Assembly: GCF_009914755.1 (NCBI RefSeq)
Contig: NC_060930.1
Strand: one strand, 5' to 3'
Source of the DNA: the human T2T-CHM13v2.0 reference genome, Homo sapiens
Length of the DNA: 64,000 bases
In this document: positions 43,081-56,060 of the stretch, piece by piece
How the letters are laid out: the number at the start of each line of letters is the position of its first letter
Position numbering within the stretch: position 1 is the stretch's first letter
Made by a program: the position numbers and the translations under genes
The notes under the pieces: generated by a model
What the model saw: the letters and a program-made list of their open reading frames with translations, nothing else
Databases searched by the model: none
Told to the model about the DNA's origin: nothing

Positions 43081-44472
43081 TCTTAAATATTCTAAACCAA
43101 TTCACAAATATAATCAAAGTCTTTTACTCCTTTCAAAATAAAATAACACATCTAATAGTAATTACACATTTCAAATCAAAATCTCAAGGCTAATTTGTCA
43201 GATACTCTAATATGTCAGATTGTTTCAGTAATATACCTTTAAAAATAAATAACCACAAATAAAATGAATGATTATGAGATGTACTGCTAAACTTAGCACA
43301 AAAGCATTAAGGCTTAACGTTAAGGCTAACAGGGTTGGCTCATGTTATCCCTTCTCTACTCCACAGGTTGTAAGGTCATTTTCGCAATCTAGGAGGAAAC
43401 ATTTACTCTATCAGTGGAGCCACATTACAATATACTTATTTACCTGTCAAATTTAATACCAAGATATGAGACCTGGCCACTACGTACCTCAAAGCTGATT
43501 CTCTCCAAATTCTAACTGAACAAGCTGATCCCGTTCTGATTGTTGAGTTCTGTGTGCAATGTCATTAGGGTACCCCATGCCTATATCTTCCAGCTGGAGT
43601 TTAGTTTCACAACCCTGCACGTCACACATTTCCTAGAACATATTTCAAGCTTTACCTTCAATCAATTTTTATTATAACCTTATTTCAACATGTTATCACC
43701 TAATTTAGGTAGACGAAATTCTGCGCCTTTAACCAAGTTGCAGTTAATTTCTTTCATGCCTCAACTGGATTCAACTAATGTCTTTTCTACTTGATTGAAT
43801 TCTGCATTCTTATTTTTTTGGTCTGAATCTTGGCTACAATTTTAGAATCATTTTTATCGACAAGAGAAGAGCTTAAGGTCCATGAAAGTGATGGGACCAA
43901 GCACAGGTTGGATTTCTTTATTCCAGTGCATAACACCTAAAGCTTCTGTCCTAGGGTTTGTTTGAATGGTGCTCAGAACTATGAAGGATCCATAGCCTAT
44001 TCTTACTTAGCTGCGAGAATACCACACAGAAGAGCTTCAGAGTTGGAGGTGAGGGCTAGAGGAACCATTAAAGAGGGCTGATATGTCTCATTTATTCAAA
44101 AGACCCGTATTTGACCCTACCATTCGCTGGCACTGTGCTAGGGTTAAGCAGTGTGTTTTGAGATGCGTTTATGTGTGCTTGATACCTGCTCCTTTTGATC
44201 TGGTGTAGGCAGGGTTGAGATTCAGCTGTGCCCACTGGCACGGCTGTACTGGTAATTTGCAGCTGGTGTCTATTCTGATTGGTTAGTACTTGTTTCATAA
44301 ATGCTGTTACATATTATGAATATCATCCATGATGTTAGAGATACTAAAGTAAACAGAATACATTTCTATCTTTTGAAGTTTTTTTGTTTGTTTTAATGAT
44401 TTCAAAGAGGCATCTATCCCTTCTTATCTCTATTACAACCATCTTGATATCCAAATAGTAAATAGTAATCTT

Positions 44473-44770
<298 letters not shown>

Positions 44771-44819
44771 TAACCTAGAACATATGTCTGAAGTTACTGT
44801 GTTTCACAATATATGCTCT

Positions 44820-45013
44820 AGTGTGACTGTTTATGTAACATTCCAAAATGGGCAAAATATAGAGATAGAAATAGATTACTGGTTTCCAGGGGAGTGGTAA
44901 CTACAAAGGGGGGTACCATAGGGGAGTTCCCACGCAGTGATAAACAGCTCTCTATTGTGTCTGTTGTGATTATAATCATTACACAAATCTCCATATAGGA
45001 TAAAATTTCACAG

Positions 45014-45054
<41 letters not shown>

Positions 45055-45265
45055 ACAGTGACTGTAAAAGTTGGTGGAATCTGAGTAAGGTCTGAAGTCT
45101 AGTTAAGAGTATTATTCTAATGTCAATTTCCTGGTTTTAATAATGTACTATAGCTAAGTAAGATGCTACCTTTGGGGGAAGCTGGTGAAGGGTACATGAG
45201 ACTTTTCTGTACTATTTTTGCAACTTTGTATACATCTATAATTATTTTTTAACCTTTTAAAGAGA
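44820..45265 (+). mobile_element. Old L1M (MD/MC-like) 3' end containing (CA)n at 45016-45052
   Basis: AATGTCAATTTCCTGGTTTT...GGGGGAAGCTGGTGAAGGGTACATG...TTTTTGCAACTT. Confidence 0.75.
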
Positions 45266-46004
45266 AAAATGTTATGCATTGATTTAGTTAAAATAATAAT
45301 AGACCCTTTACATGTAAAAAAATAAATGCCCTATAATATTAAACACTTTTCATTTTATTAGTCAGCTCTCATCCCAAAGTAGTCTATAATGAATGAATGA
45401 GTTCTGATGGTCACCTAAGCCATGCAGCCCCACTCAGCTATGAAGTTATCACCACCACATGTTTATTCATTTTAACATGTTTGATTCATATAATTAACAC
45501 GTGAAAAAATCTTTTAAATTTTGCATTCTCTTTGGTACAGAAATTCTAATACTAGTAAAATATTCTACAGGTAAATAGACTTATTTAAGTGCGCTAACAA
45601 TAGGCACACTCAGCATAGTTTCTCATGGCCGAAAACTGGAAACAATCAAAATATTGAGAATAGGTGACTTGTTTACTACATTTTGACAGAAACACAGAAT
45701 TAGCGAAGTGAAGACAATAAAAATGTTATTTCAGAGGAATACTTCATAATTTGGAAAGCTGCTCTCATGTTTTGCTAAGTGAAAACAAATTTAAATAGGG
45801 TATACAAATATATATGTATGCATAGGGAAAGAACAGATATTTAAATGTTAATGGTGATTTTTCTCTGTGTTATGGCAAATAACATTGTTTTTCTTCTTTT
45901 GACATCTAAATTTTCTAAAATGTCTACAGTGAATATGTATTATGTTTGTAATAAATGTAAGACGAAAAAGCAATGTATATATTATAACCAAGTTCCTCGT
46001 AGAC

Positions 46005-46734
46005 TAGTGTTTCTTCCAAACTCTGGTGAGTGAGCCCGTGGAGGTCCAAAGATAATTTCTTAGTGGCCAATTATTATTATTATTATGAGAATTTTTGATG
46101 TAGTGTTTTCATTAAGATGCTAACCTTAACCCAGTAATATAGACATGTTCTGGATCATCTTCACGATCTCAGCAGGTATAACAAAGATGGCCACTGCCTA
46201 TATTTGCTTTTATTTTTATGGCTGCGAGTTTAACAAGCCCCACTGTCCTAATTCTCACAGACCAATGAGAAAAAATAATACAGAGTCAAATGTAACAACA
46301 TATTTCTGGCTAGTAAAAACCATAGATCCCTGCACAAATTAAAATTTGCAGAATTTCCACTAGAGAAAGTAGTGAATACCAGACATGCCAAACTCGAAAG
46401 AACTTGCCCTCAGCTCTCAGTACCCAGGCCACAATGTGATCAGTGATTTAACTTTAGCAAAGAGCATCTTCAGTCATTCCATATTAATGGGTGCATTATA
46501 GTGTTTATTTATAGTTTTTACTGTATTTGATTTGTAAATTTGTTTTGGTCTTTTATAAATATATATATATATACATATATATACATAAAAGCAATAAGAA
46601 TAGTGAGTATGTGTCTATTTTGTTTTGTGTTATACTTATTTAAGGAGCATACTGTCAAAAATGTTAAATCAACTGGAGTCGACAACAATCTTTTTCCTTT
46701 TCAGACTGCACATTCCTCAAGTCTGAGAAACATT
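46005..46734. mobile_element. Old hAT-Charlie non-autonomous element carrying a 181-bp foreign insert
   Basis: Decayed TIRs TAGTGTTTCTTCCAAACT / AGTCTGAGAAACATTC; flanks TCGTAGAC / TTCTAGAA resemble the Charlie NTCTAGAN target. Confidence 0.5.
46305..46481 (+). repeat. 177-bp dispersed duplication, copy 1
   Basis: 176/177 identical to 48114-48290. Confidence 0.97.
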
Positions 46735-47043
46735 CTTCTAGAACCATAGCTGTTCCCTGAGTATTAATAAAGTACCTTCAGAAACTACATAAACTCCTGG
46801 GCACTAAAATGTCATTTAATCTCATTGATGCAGCTAGTAACAAAATGGGACCAAAGCAGACATGTCTGATGCCAAGATCGCTGATCTTTCTCCTCCAATC
46901 CCTAGTAATTCACAACTATTTCTATTTCCCAGGTCATTAGAAGGATAAAAATATTTTAAATTAATAAAAGCTGCTTTGAATGGCTAATACACTTAATTTT
47001 TTGTGAGGTATTTGCATTTTCAAAGGAAGGTGCCAGGAAAACT

Positions 47044-47117
47044 AATACACCTTGCCTGCAATTCCCCCTGTTACAACCCAAATCTGTTAACAGGGGGAAC
47101 TGCAGGCAAGGTGTATT
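47044..47117. repeat. 30-bp inverted repeat (1 mismatch) with 14-nt loop
   Basis: AATACACCTTGCCTGCAATTCCCCCTGTTA / TAACAGGGGGAACTGCAGGCAAGGTGTATT. Confidence 0.95.
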
Positions 47118-47582
47118 TGTTTCTCTGGACTGCCTAACCAATTACCACAAATCTGGTGGTTTACAACAACAAAAATGTATTCTTTCACAGTGCTGGAGGC
47201 TGGAAGTCTAAAAACAGGGTGTCAGGAGGGTTGATTCCCTCTGGAGACCCTTTGGGTGCATCTGTTTTATGTCTCACTACTTGCTCCTTCCTGCTGGTGG
47301 CTGCCAGCAATCCCTCCACTCCTGGCTTCTAGATGAGTTACTCCAATCTCTGCCTTCATTTTTTTCACACCACCTTCTCTTCTGTGTTTCCCACTTCTCT
47401 TTCACCTTGTCTCAGGACACTACACTTGTCATTGGATTTAGGGATCACCTTAATCCAGGATGATCTCATCTTGAGATCATTAACTTAATTATATTTGCAA
47501 AGACCCTTTTTCCAAACAAGATCACATTCACAGGTTCTGGATGGACATATCTTCTGTTGGGTTGTCATGATCCATACCACTA
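47112..47582 (-). mobile_element. MLT1 (B/C/D-like) MaLR solo LTR
   Basis: TGTATTTGTTTC...AATTACCACAAA...GGAGGCTGGAAGTC...AATCCAGGATGATCTCATCTTGAGATC...CACATTCACAGGTTCTGG. Confidence 0.85.
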
Positions 47583-48113
47583 AGCTGTAAAGTGAACTTT
47601 CCTGCACACAAAATCCCTGAGGTGGCTCAGCACTCATGTGTCTCACAGATTACCTCCTCACATAAGACCATGGAAAACCAGAATCACATCTCCTGCATCT
47701 GCAAATTCTTCCAGGCTCTGGATCCCACCTCTGGTTTCCACCTCTAGTGTATCTCTATACTCTGCCTCAAACTGCAATTCCCCACTGCCTTGCCCATTCA
47801 GATGATCACTTCTACTGTGGGGTGAGGGGGCTGCCCAGCTTTCACCAATTTATCTCCCTGACATGATCTTCCACTTTCCTTAGCACTTAGTCAAGCCTTC
47901 TGGGTCCAGGCTTCCTAGAAAGCTCATTACCAGGTCCCTCTCACCCTCCTTCAGCCTAGTTCCTCAGACTACCATTTATCTTGGACCAGAGATCCAATAC
48001 TGGGAACTAAACTGTTCTTAGAAGCGAAGGCAGACCAGCCCTGCCTGGAAATCAATCTCTCTCATTAGTTCCCTGGCTGCTGATGCTTTTTTTCTCTTGT
48101 CCCTTCCCCAGGA

Positions 48114-48290
48114 TCTGGCTAGTAAAAACCATAGATCCCTGCACAAATTAAAATTTGCAGAATTTCCACTAGAGAAAGTAGTGAATACCAGACATGCCAA
48201 ACTCGAAAGAACTTGCCCTCAGCTCTCAGTACGCAGGCCACAATGTGATCAGTGATTTAACTTTAGCAAAGAGCATCTTCAGTCATTCCA
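48114..48290 (+). repeat. 177-bp dispersed duplication, copy 2 (probable donor)
   Basis: 176/177 identical to 46305-46481. Confidence 0.97.
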
Positions 48291-49953
48291 GATTTGCGTC
48301 TGGATGAGGATCAGCATCTCTCATCCACTGGCCCAGAAATTCCAGGGTATTTTCCCCACCTTGCCATGGTGGGAGAGACCGGGCCCAGAGCTCCAGGGGC
48401 CACTGCCCCACAGCAGCAGGGTAAAATGGTGGTGCCATTTGTAGCCCTAACATTTGTAAGAAAAGAATGGCTGGGTCTCTATCTTGGTTGCTATTCCCTA
48501 TGGAAGGCAAGGTGCTTTTTAAAAGACGCCCTTCACAGACCACCCAAATGAGAAACACCTGGGATAGTTGTTAAGCATGCATATTTCTGAGCCTCATTCC
48601 AGGAAAGTCTATTAGAATCTCTGGGAAAGGACACAGGTCTTGGCATTTTTAATAAGTTTCCCAGTGATTCTTATACACATTAAATTCTAAGAACCACCAG
48701 CCTAGTATAATCAAGAAGGTACAAAGTACAGCCACGTTCCCAGGAGTTAAATTAGACCCAGATGAGGAGCCCAATGTCCACAGTGGGTTGAACATTCTGG
48801 GAAAGTTACTGCTTCTTCTGTTCACTCACAAAACTCTTCCCTGGAGCACAAGTTTGCCAACAGGTTTGGATCAGAACCTCATGGACCCAGAATCATTGTC
48901 CCTCCTCTGTCCTTCCAACCTAGGCAGGGACCAATCCACAGAACTGTCTCTTTCTGCCTTGCTTTAGGGACTTTGTTGCTGATCACCCCTGGGCCTTTGT
49001 CAGGGCCCACAAGGGTCCCCCTACAGTTTGAACATGGGGGAGACAGTAGAGATTCAGGTGCCTTCCCTTGGATTCTTTGTGCAAATAAATCCATCCATCT
49101 TCAGAGCTCTAATTATCAAAGGTATTGAGATGTCCTGAGAGAGAGAGGCACAGCAAAAGATCCCTCATACCTCTTCCCCAGAAGAAAGTGTCCTTGCTTG
49201 AATTTATATAATAATGGGGACTGACCATGCTGCCCCTCAATTTCAGTGTACTCAGGTCTGTTTCCAAGTAATCTGCGAACTATACGGGTGGAAGTAGCTA
49301 GCGTTAATTTAATGTCTATCCTAACTTTTCCCTGAAGCTTTCTAAATCCTCCACAATTGTCAGCACATCTTTAGTTATGTGGCAAACTAACTCTAAACCA
49401 TAGATATAGTAATAGTAAAAGCAGGTGCCTTCCTTCTGTTCCCATGAGAGCCCCAGAGAAGTAAGACATCTGAGCTTCTGCCTCCATAATGGGGGGAGAC
49501 TAACTGGAATTCCCCAGACACATCTGATCAAGCCCCTGCAACAGGACACTTGTGAAAGACAGGGCAGAGGCTCCATCACACAGCTTGTGAGCTCAGCCTA
49601 AGCAGGCCTGGATGCAAAGCCCATGTCATGGCAGGTCAGCAGGAAAAACACCATCGAGAGTCTGAGATGCATGTAGAAGTACATAGACAAATACAGAAGA
49701 CATAAAAAACAGTGCTTGTTATTTGGGAAAATGAGTAATGTTTCCATTAAATATTAAGAATGTGTGTAACTGGAAAGCTGAAGCAGCAAAAGTTTAAGCA
49801 ACAAAGAGGCCTGAAAGAGCTGGATTCAGTTTACCAACCGGCATGGAGTCACTGGGCACTTATTATGTGCTGTGTAAAAATTTGTGTGTGTGTGTGTTGT
49901 ATGTCCAGGTAAGTATATACGTGTGTATATATGTGTGTGTTGTGTGTGTACAC

Positions 49954-50580
49954 CGTTGGGGCTCAGAAAATGATACCCCGAAGGGAAGGCCTCTGGAGCA
50001 GCCTCAGGAGCCTCCTCTACCCTCCTGCCTTCCAGTTGCTCAGTCCCATTCTCCCCTGAGCTTGGTCATAGAAACTAGAATCCCTCTTCCCCAAGGCAAG
50101 TCAGAAACCAGAACCCTTTTCCCCAAAGCCAGCCATAAAACCTAAAAATATTACTCTAAGTTTGTCTCTGCCTTCCCATGTAAAACTGGCCATAACAAAA
50201 CTATCTGACCTCCCTTATTTGACTGTAGGTCATAAGACCCCCATTGCAGAGAGGGTCCTGCCGCACACCCAGAAGGAAGGAACACTGCTCAGACAGGTCA
50301 AGAGGAGTCTTCTAGACAGACAAGCCCTGCTGGGTTTTCCCACTCCGTCTAGTAACATTAGAGTACACCCTTATTGTCCAAACATATTTCTACACAGCTG
50401 GCCATACTTTTTGAACCTAAGGATAAAAATGAACAGTTTCCCCCATATCTTTGGGTCTTTATTCTGAAGGCTCCTGTGTATACACGTTTAATGTTTGTAT
50501 GCCTTTCTCTCCAATTAATCTGCCCTTTCTGAGGTGATACTTCAGCAGACTTTCACAGTGCCAAGCCCTTGGCCCCTACA
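49954..50580 (+). mobile_element. Solo ERV1 LTR, MER39-family
   Basis: GTTGGGGCTCAGAAAATGATACCCC start; CTTGGCCCCTACA end; 4-bp TSD ACAC. Confidence 0.8.
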
Positions 50581-50613
50581 ACACACATACTAGGTTGCTA
50601 TGCTACATTTGAA

Positions 50614-50911
50614 TTTTTTTTTTTTTTTTGAGACGGAGTCTCGCTCTGTTACCCAGGCTGGAGTGCAGTAGCGCGATCTTGGCTCACTGCAAGCTCTGCC
50701 TCCCATGCTTACACCATTCTCCTGCCTCAGCCTCCTGAGTAGCTGGGACTACAGGCGCCCGCCACCACACCCAGCTAATTTTTTTGTATTTTTAGTAGAG
50801 ACGGGGTTTCACCATGTTAGCCAGGATGGTCTCAATCTCCTGACCTTGTGATCCGCCCACCTCAGCCTCCCAAAGTGCTGGGATTGTAGGCGTGAGCCAC
50901 CGCGCCCAGCC
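50614..50911 (-). mobile_element. AluY
   Basis: CTGCAAGCTC, CCATTCTCC and TTAGCCAGGATGGTCTC diagnostics; TSD TACATTTGA 50604-50612 / TACGTTTGA 50912-50920. Confidence 0.95.
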
Positions 50912-50937
50912 TACGTTTGATTTTTAAAAAATTCTGT

Positions 50938-51238
<301 letters not shown>

Positions 51239-51587
51239 TTCTGCAAGCCAGAGAGCTGTTAGTTGATTCTTGATCCTGGATCTTCAGGCTTTTTAAGACC
51301 TGCTGGTTAGATAAGGTTAGCAGAATCTACCAACAAAGGACAGAATCTAGAAAATATTTTTCATTCCTATCTAGCTTTACCTGCTCCTGCTGTTTAAAAT
51401 AAATCTCTACACAAAGTGAGTTATTAATAGTCAAAAACGTTTTACAAAAAAAAGTTTTATAAAAAACTCCTTGGATAATTGTAGAGTGTTCCAGAAACAG
51501 TAGGTGTTCTGGGCCGATGAGGTGAGGTTGGATCCTCATTTGTGTCATAAGAGGTGGGGTGGAAAGGTGTGTAAGAGGTGATTTGGA

Positions 51588-51877
51588 GGCCAGGTGCGCT
51601 GGCTCACGCCTGTAATCCCAACACTTTGGGAGGTCGAGGAGGGTGGATCACCTAAGGTCAGGAGTTCAAGACCAGCCTGGCCAACATGGTGAAATCCCGT
51701 CTCTACTAAAAATACAAAAATTAGCTAGGTGTGATGGTGCGTGCCTGTAGTCCCAGCTACTCAGGAGGCTGAAGCAGGAGAATCGCTTGAACCTGGGAGG
51801 CTGAGGTTGCAGGGAGCTGAGACTGCACCATTGCACTCCAGGGTGGGCAACAGAGTAAGACTCTGTCTCAAAAAAAA
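51588..51877 (+). mobile_element. AluSx-like
   Basis: Alu dimer; TSD AAGAGGTGATTT(T)GGA. Confidence 0.93.
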
Positions 51878-52691
51878 AAGAGGTGATTTTGGAAGAGGGA
51901 AATGAGTGCTTGTTTGATCATAGACCATGCTGACTTGATAAATTAATCTTTACAATTTTATAGCCACCAAGTATTTACATCTATGGTGTTACATAAAAGT
52001 AATTCATTACAGGTAAAGTAAGTACCTAAATATATTTTTGTTCATGTTATTGGGGCCCTTCTTATTAAAGTTGTTGAAAACATTTTAAAGTTGTAGAAAC
52101 CCTACTCTTGTTAACATTTATCCTCAAATCAGGTCTAGAGTACCTTACTATACGTTATATATCAAGTTCTTAAATGTGGGTTTGAACAAAAATTATTCTA
52201 GAAATTTAATAGAAACCATAAAATATGTATATCTTTAATATAGCCTAGAAATATATTTCTTGGTATAAGCTAAATATATTGATCTTGTGTCTACCAATTT
52301 CTTTTTAGATGTGATACAAACAAATTGCTGGATGCTAAATGTTACTAAGACAAAAATAAATAAATAGAGGCTAACCTGGTAGAGAAATGGAGGTCAGAGT
52401 CCAGGAAATCTTTATTATATGATATCATCAGATTTCTTAACACATTGCTACATCAGTTTCCCCATGGAAATCTATAGGAAAAGCAAATAACCCATATATG
52501 ACTGCACCACAGGTTTTTATTTCTTCTTCCACGTACTGAAGAAAACCAATTATGTTCTCATGAGTGTATTGTAAAGATTAAACAACAGGTGAATGCAAAC
52601 CATTTTGCAATAAAATATGACACTGATAAATTGCAATCTGCTAAGACTCACACTACTATCTTATAACGGGTTGGGGAAACATAGATGAAAG

Positions 52692-53976
52692 CGTGTCCAG
52701 AATTGGCGGGTTCTTGATCTCACCGACTTCAAGAATGAAGCCGCGGATCCTCGCGGTGAGTGTTACAGCTCTTAAGGCGGCGCATCTGGAGTCTGTCCCT
52801 TCTGATGTTCAGATGCGTTCGGAGTTTTTTCCTTCTGGTGGGTTTGTGGTCTCGCTGGGCACAGGAGTGAAGCTGCAGATCTTCACCGTGAGTGTTACAG
52901 CTCATAAAAGCAGCGTGGACCCAAAGAGCGATCAGCAGCAAGAGTTATTGCAAAGAGGGAAAGAACAAAGCTTCCACAGGGTGGAAGGGGACCCGAGCGG
53001 GTTGCCACTGCTGGCTTGGGCAGCCTGCTTTTATTCTCTTATCTGGCTCCACCCACATCCTGCTGATTGGTAGAGCCCAGTGGCCTGTTTTGTCAGGGCA
53101 CTGATTGGTGCGTTTACAATCCTTGAGCTAGATATAAAGGTTCTCCACGTCCCCATCAGATTAGTTAGATACAGAGTTTCAACACACAGGTTCTCCAAGG
53201 CCCCACCAGAGCAGCTAGATACAGAGTGTCGATTGGTGCACTCACAAACCTTGAGCTAAACACAGGGTGCTGATTGGTGTATTTACAATCCCTGAGCTAG
53301 ACATAAAGACTCCATGTCCCCACCAGACTCAGGAGCCCAGCTGGCTTCACCTAGTAGATCTCGCACCGGGGCTGCAGGTGGAGCTGCCTGCCAGTCCCGC
53401 ACCGTGCGCTCGCACTCCTCAGCCCTTGGGTGGTCCATGGGACTGGGCGCCGTGGAGCAGGGGGTGGTGCTCCTCTGGGAGGCTCGGGCCGCACAGGAGC
53501 CCATGGAGTGGGTGGGAGGCTCAGGCATGGCAGGCTGCAGGTCCCGAGCCCTGCCCCGCGGGAAGGCAGCTAAGGCCTGGCAAGAGATCGAGCACAGCGC
53601 CGGTGGGTTGGCACTGCTGGGGGACCCAGTACACCCTCCGCAGCCACTGGCCCGGGTGCTAAGTCCCTCACTGCCCGGGGCAGCAGGGCCGGCCGGCTGC
53701 TCCGAATGCGGGGCCCGCCAAGCCCACGCCCACCCAGAACTCCAGCTGGCCCGCAAGCGCTGCGCGCAGCCCCGGTTCCTGCTCGCGCCTCTCCCTCCAC
53801 ACCTCCCTGCAAGCTGAGGGAGCTGGCTCTGGCCTTGGCCAGCCCAGAAAGGGGCTCTCACAGTGCAGCGGCGGGCCAAAGGGCCCCTCAAGTGCCGCCA
53901 AAGTGGGAACCCAGGCAGAGGAGGCGCCGAGAGCAAGCGAGGGCTCTGAGGAGTGCCAGCACGCTGTCACCTCTCA
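52692..53976 (-). mobile_element. Complete solo LTR12C (ERV9 LTR), CpG-rich
   Basis: Minus strand starts TGAGAGGTGACAGCGTGCTGGCA and ends CCAATTCTGGACACG; 4-bp TSD AAAG 52688-52691 / 53977-53980; CCAAT boxes at 53066, 53104, 53232, 53273; AATAAAA (TATA equivalent) 53029-53035. Confidence 0.95.
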
Positions 53977-55749
53977 AAAGGGTCTCCATGCATACTCAAA
54001 TTTTAAAATGTATATATATGACCTAATTTTCCCAAATAAAGTCACTCCTCCAAATCTCATTAAGTTCTGGCAGCTATTTTTTGGTCTGTTTTCATTTCTT
54101 TCTTAGGGTTCAAATGTGTTTATCAAAGCAATAAACCCTTGGTTCAGTCCTCACTGATCACTCAGCCTTCAAGGCATTAATGATTTTGATAGGAGACCAA
54201 GGACAGCTATTTGAATTTTAGGGCAATTAAAAGAAAATGTTTCTGTCAGCTCTCTTTTTTCTTAATGCTTACAAGTAACTCAGAGAGAAACAGGTTTCAA
54301 TGTTCTTCTTTTAGAAAAGCCTTTGCTTTACCATAAATTGGCAGTGAACACTTTGAAAGACCCATTATGTACTTATAGAGGCTACTTCCTTGAATGGCTT
54401 GGCTATAAATTATCAGGGAACTTTCAGTGTAAACGACAGCCCTTTAATCCCTGACATTTTATATTTTATTCTCATTTCTTTATGTTACAAAAACTTAGAC
54501 AGGTAGCAGATAGCTTCCCCAAGATAAAAATTACAATATTTCAGTAGAAGACTGGGTACACAATTATGTGCTGGGCGATTCAGTAACAAATACCCCCAAA
54601 CTGGTCCCTCCAGACCTTTCCTGTCTGATAAGGTGACAGAGACTTCTAAAATGGACTCCAAAACCCCAAAGCAAAGTCTGAGCTCCTGGGGCATGGAACT
54701 GAGACTCTTACTGTGCCCCAGTGCCTGGAAGGCATTCAGGGGCTATTTTCCTAGTCAACTCATATCACTGAACTGTTTGGTAAAGGAGCCATAGCCTGGC
54801 AGGGGAGTAGAAAAGAGGGAGAAGCACCACAGGAGATAAAAATCAGCACACAGAAACACAACACAGGGAGAGTTCCCTTTCAGGACCTTTGGTAGAGCTA
54901 AATTTAGATGAAACCAGGTACAAAGCTAATGCAGTCAATCAAGAGCAGTATATACTGCTGTTTTTAAAAATCACATCCTTTCTATGCAGGCAGCAACCAC
55001 TCATACAAAGATCTTAGCAAAAATGAAGTCTTGATTTCCCATGAAAAAGCCAGTGATGATGTAAACATTTTTAAAACAGTTGTTTTACGCAAGTCCCCAT
55101 GGAAAATTCCAAGCCGACTCAGGCAAAGATCCCATCTTTAAAAGTTCACATTCAAACAGTAGTAGTAAAAGCAGAAAAATACATACTTTGGAAAAATGAA
55201 AGAGCTCGTCTTGCTATGGGCAACTGCTTCATGGAGGGAGTGCATCTTGGAGGATGAGGTGGTAAAAATATAGGTAGAGTTGAGAGAAGGGAATCCATTT
55301 CCAAATGGCTAATTGTGCATCATTTTATTTCATATACATCAATGTCCTACTTTGCAACAGGGTCAGGAAATATGTACTTAGGTGATTTTATAATTTTATA
55401 TTTAACCAAGTTTGGAAACCCAAACCTTAGCCTAAAGGTGAGATTGCATAATTTTGCTATGCAGCAGACCTTTAGAAGCGTGCCTCCAAAAAGAGAAAGA
55501 GTAAAAAGAAAAAGATTGGTGGAGTGCTACGTAAAAATTAAAAACTTGGCATGCCCCAAAGGATTATAAACAGAATGAGTAACTGGAAGTTCAAATGCCA
55601 TCCAGCACTGAAATTGTCCATCTGGAAAACAGCAGCTTTGATTTTTCAGTCATCAGTATGTTGAGATGGATATTTACAAAATCCATGATTATTCCCTCAG
55701 GAGGGAAGCTGCTTATAAAACAACTTCTGAGGATTTTCTGGTCAGAGTC

Positions 55750-56060
55750 CTTCTGGAATCACGAATATTTTATGTTTTCAAGGGCGCCTCTGTCAGATAC
55801 CTCAAGGAGAGAGCCTTTTAAAGTCCTTCGACAATGCTCCTATTACTTCCCTGCGGGCGGCTCCGACTGTTCAGCTCTACATAATTTTGCTCAGGTACCT
55901 GTTTACATGTTTAGAGCCATCCGATATGAGGCTAAACAGCTGTGATGACTGCAGGCTCTTTGTGGCAACCTGCTGCAGATGGTACCAGCTGGCGAGTCGC
56001 TCACACAGCAACACGGGTTCTCTTTGTCCTGCTTTGGATGCCGGGGACTAACTAGCTGAG
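55750..56060. promoter_or_regulatory. Candidate enhancer or promoter: CpG-retaining unique segment with E-box and FOX motifs
   Basis: About ten CpGs in 300 bp; TGTTTAC; CAGCTG twice; CAGATG; GGGCGG. Confidence 0.3.

Noticed and set aside
49885-49915. CAG|GTAAGT resembling a recursive splice site
   Set aside because: The upstream tract is TG-repeat rather than polypyrimidine, and there is no evidence of a + strand host intron.
52693-54106. Dense overlapping ORFs up to 217 aa
   Set aside because: All lie in the GC-rich LTR12C; stop-poor LTR sequence, not a gene.
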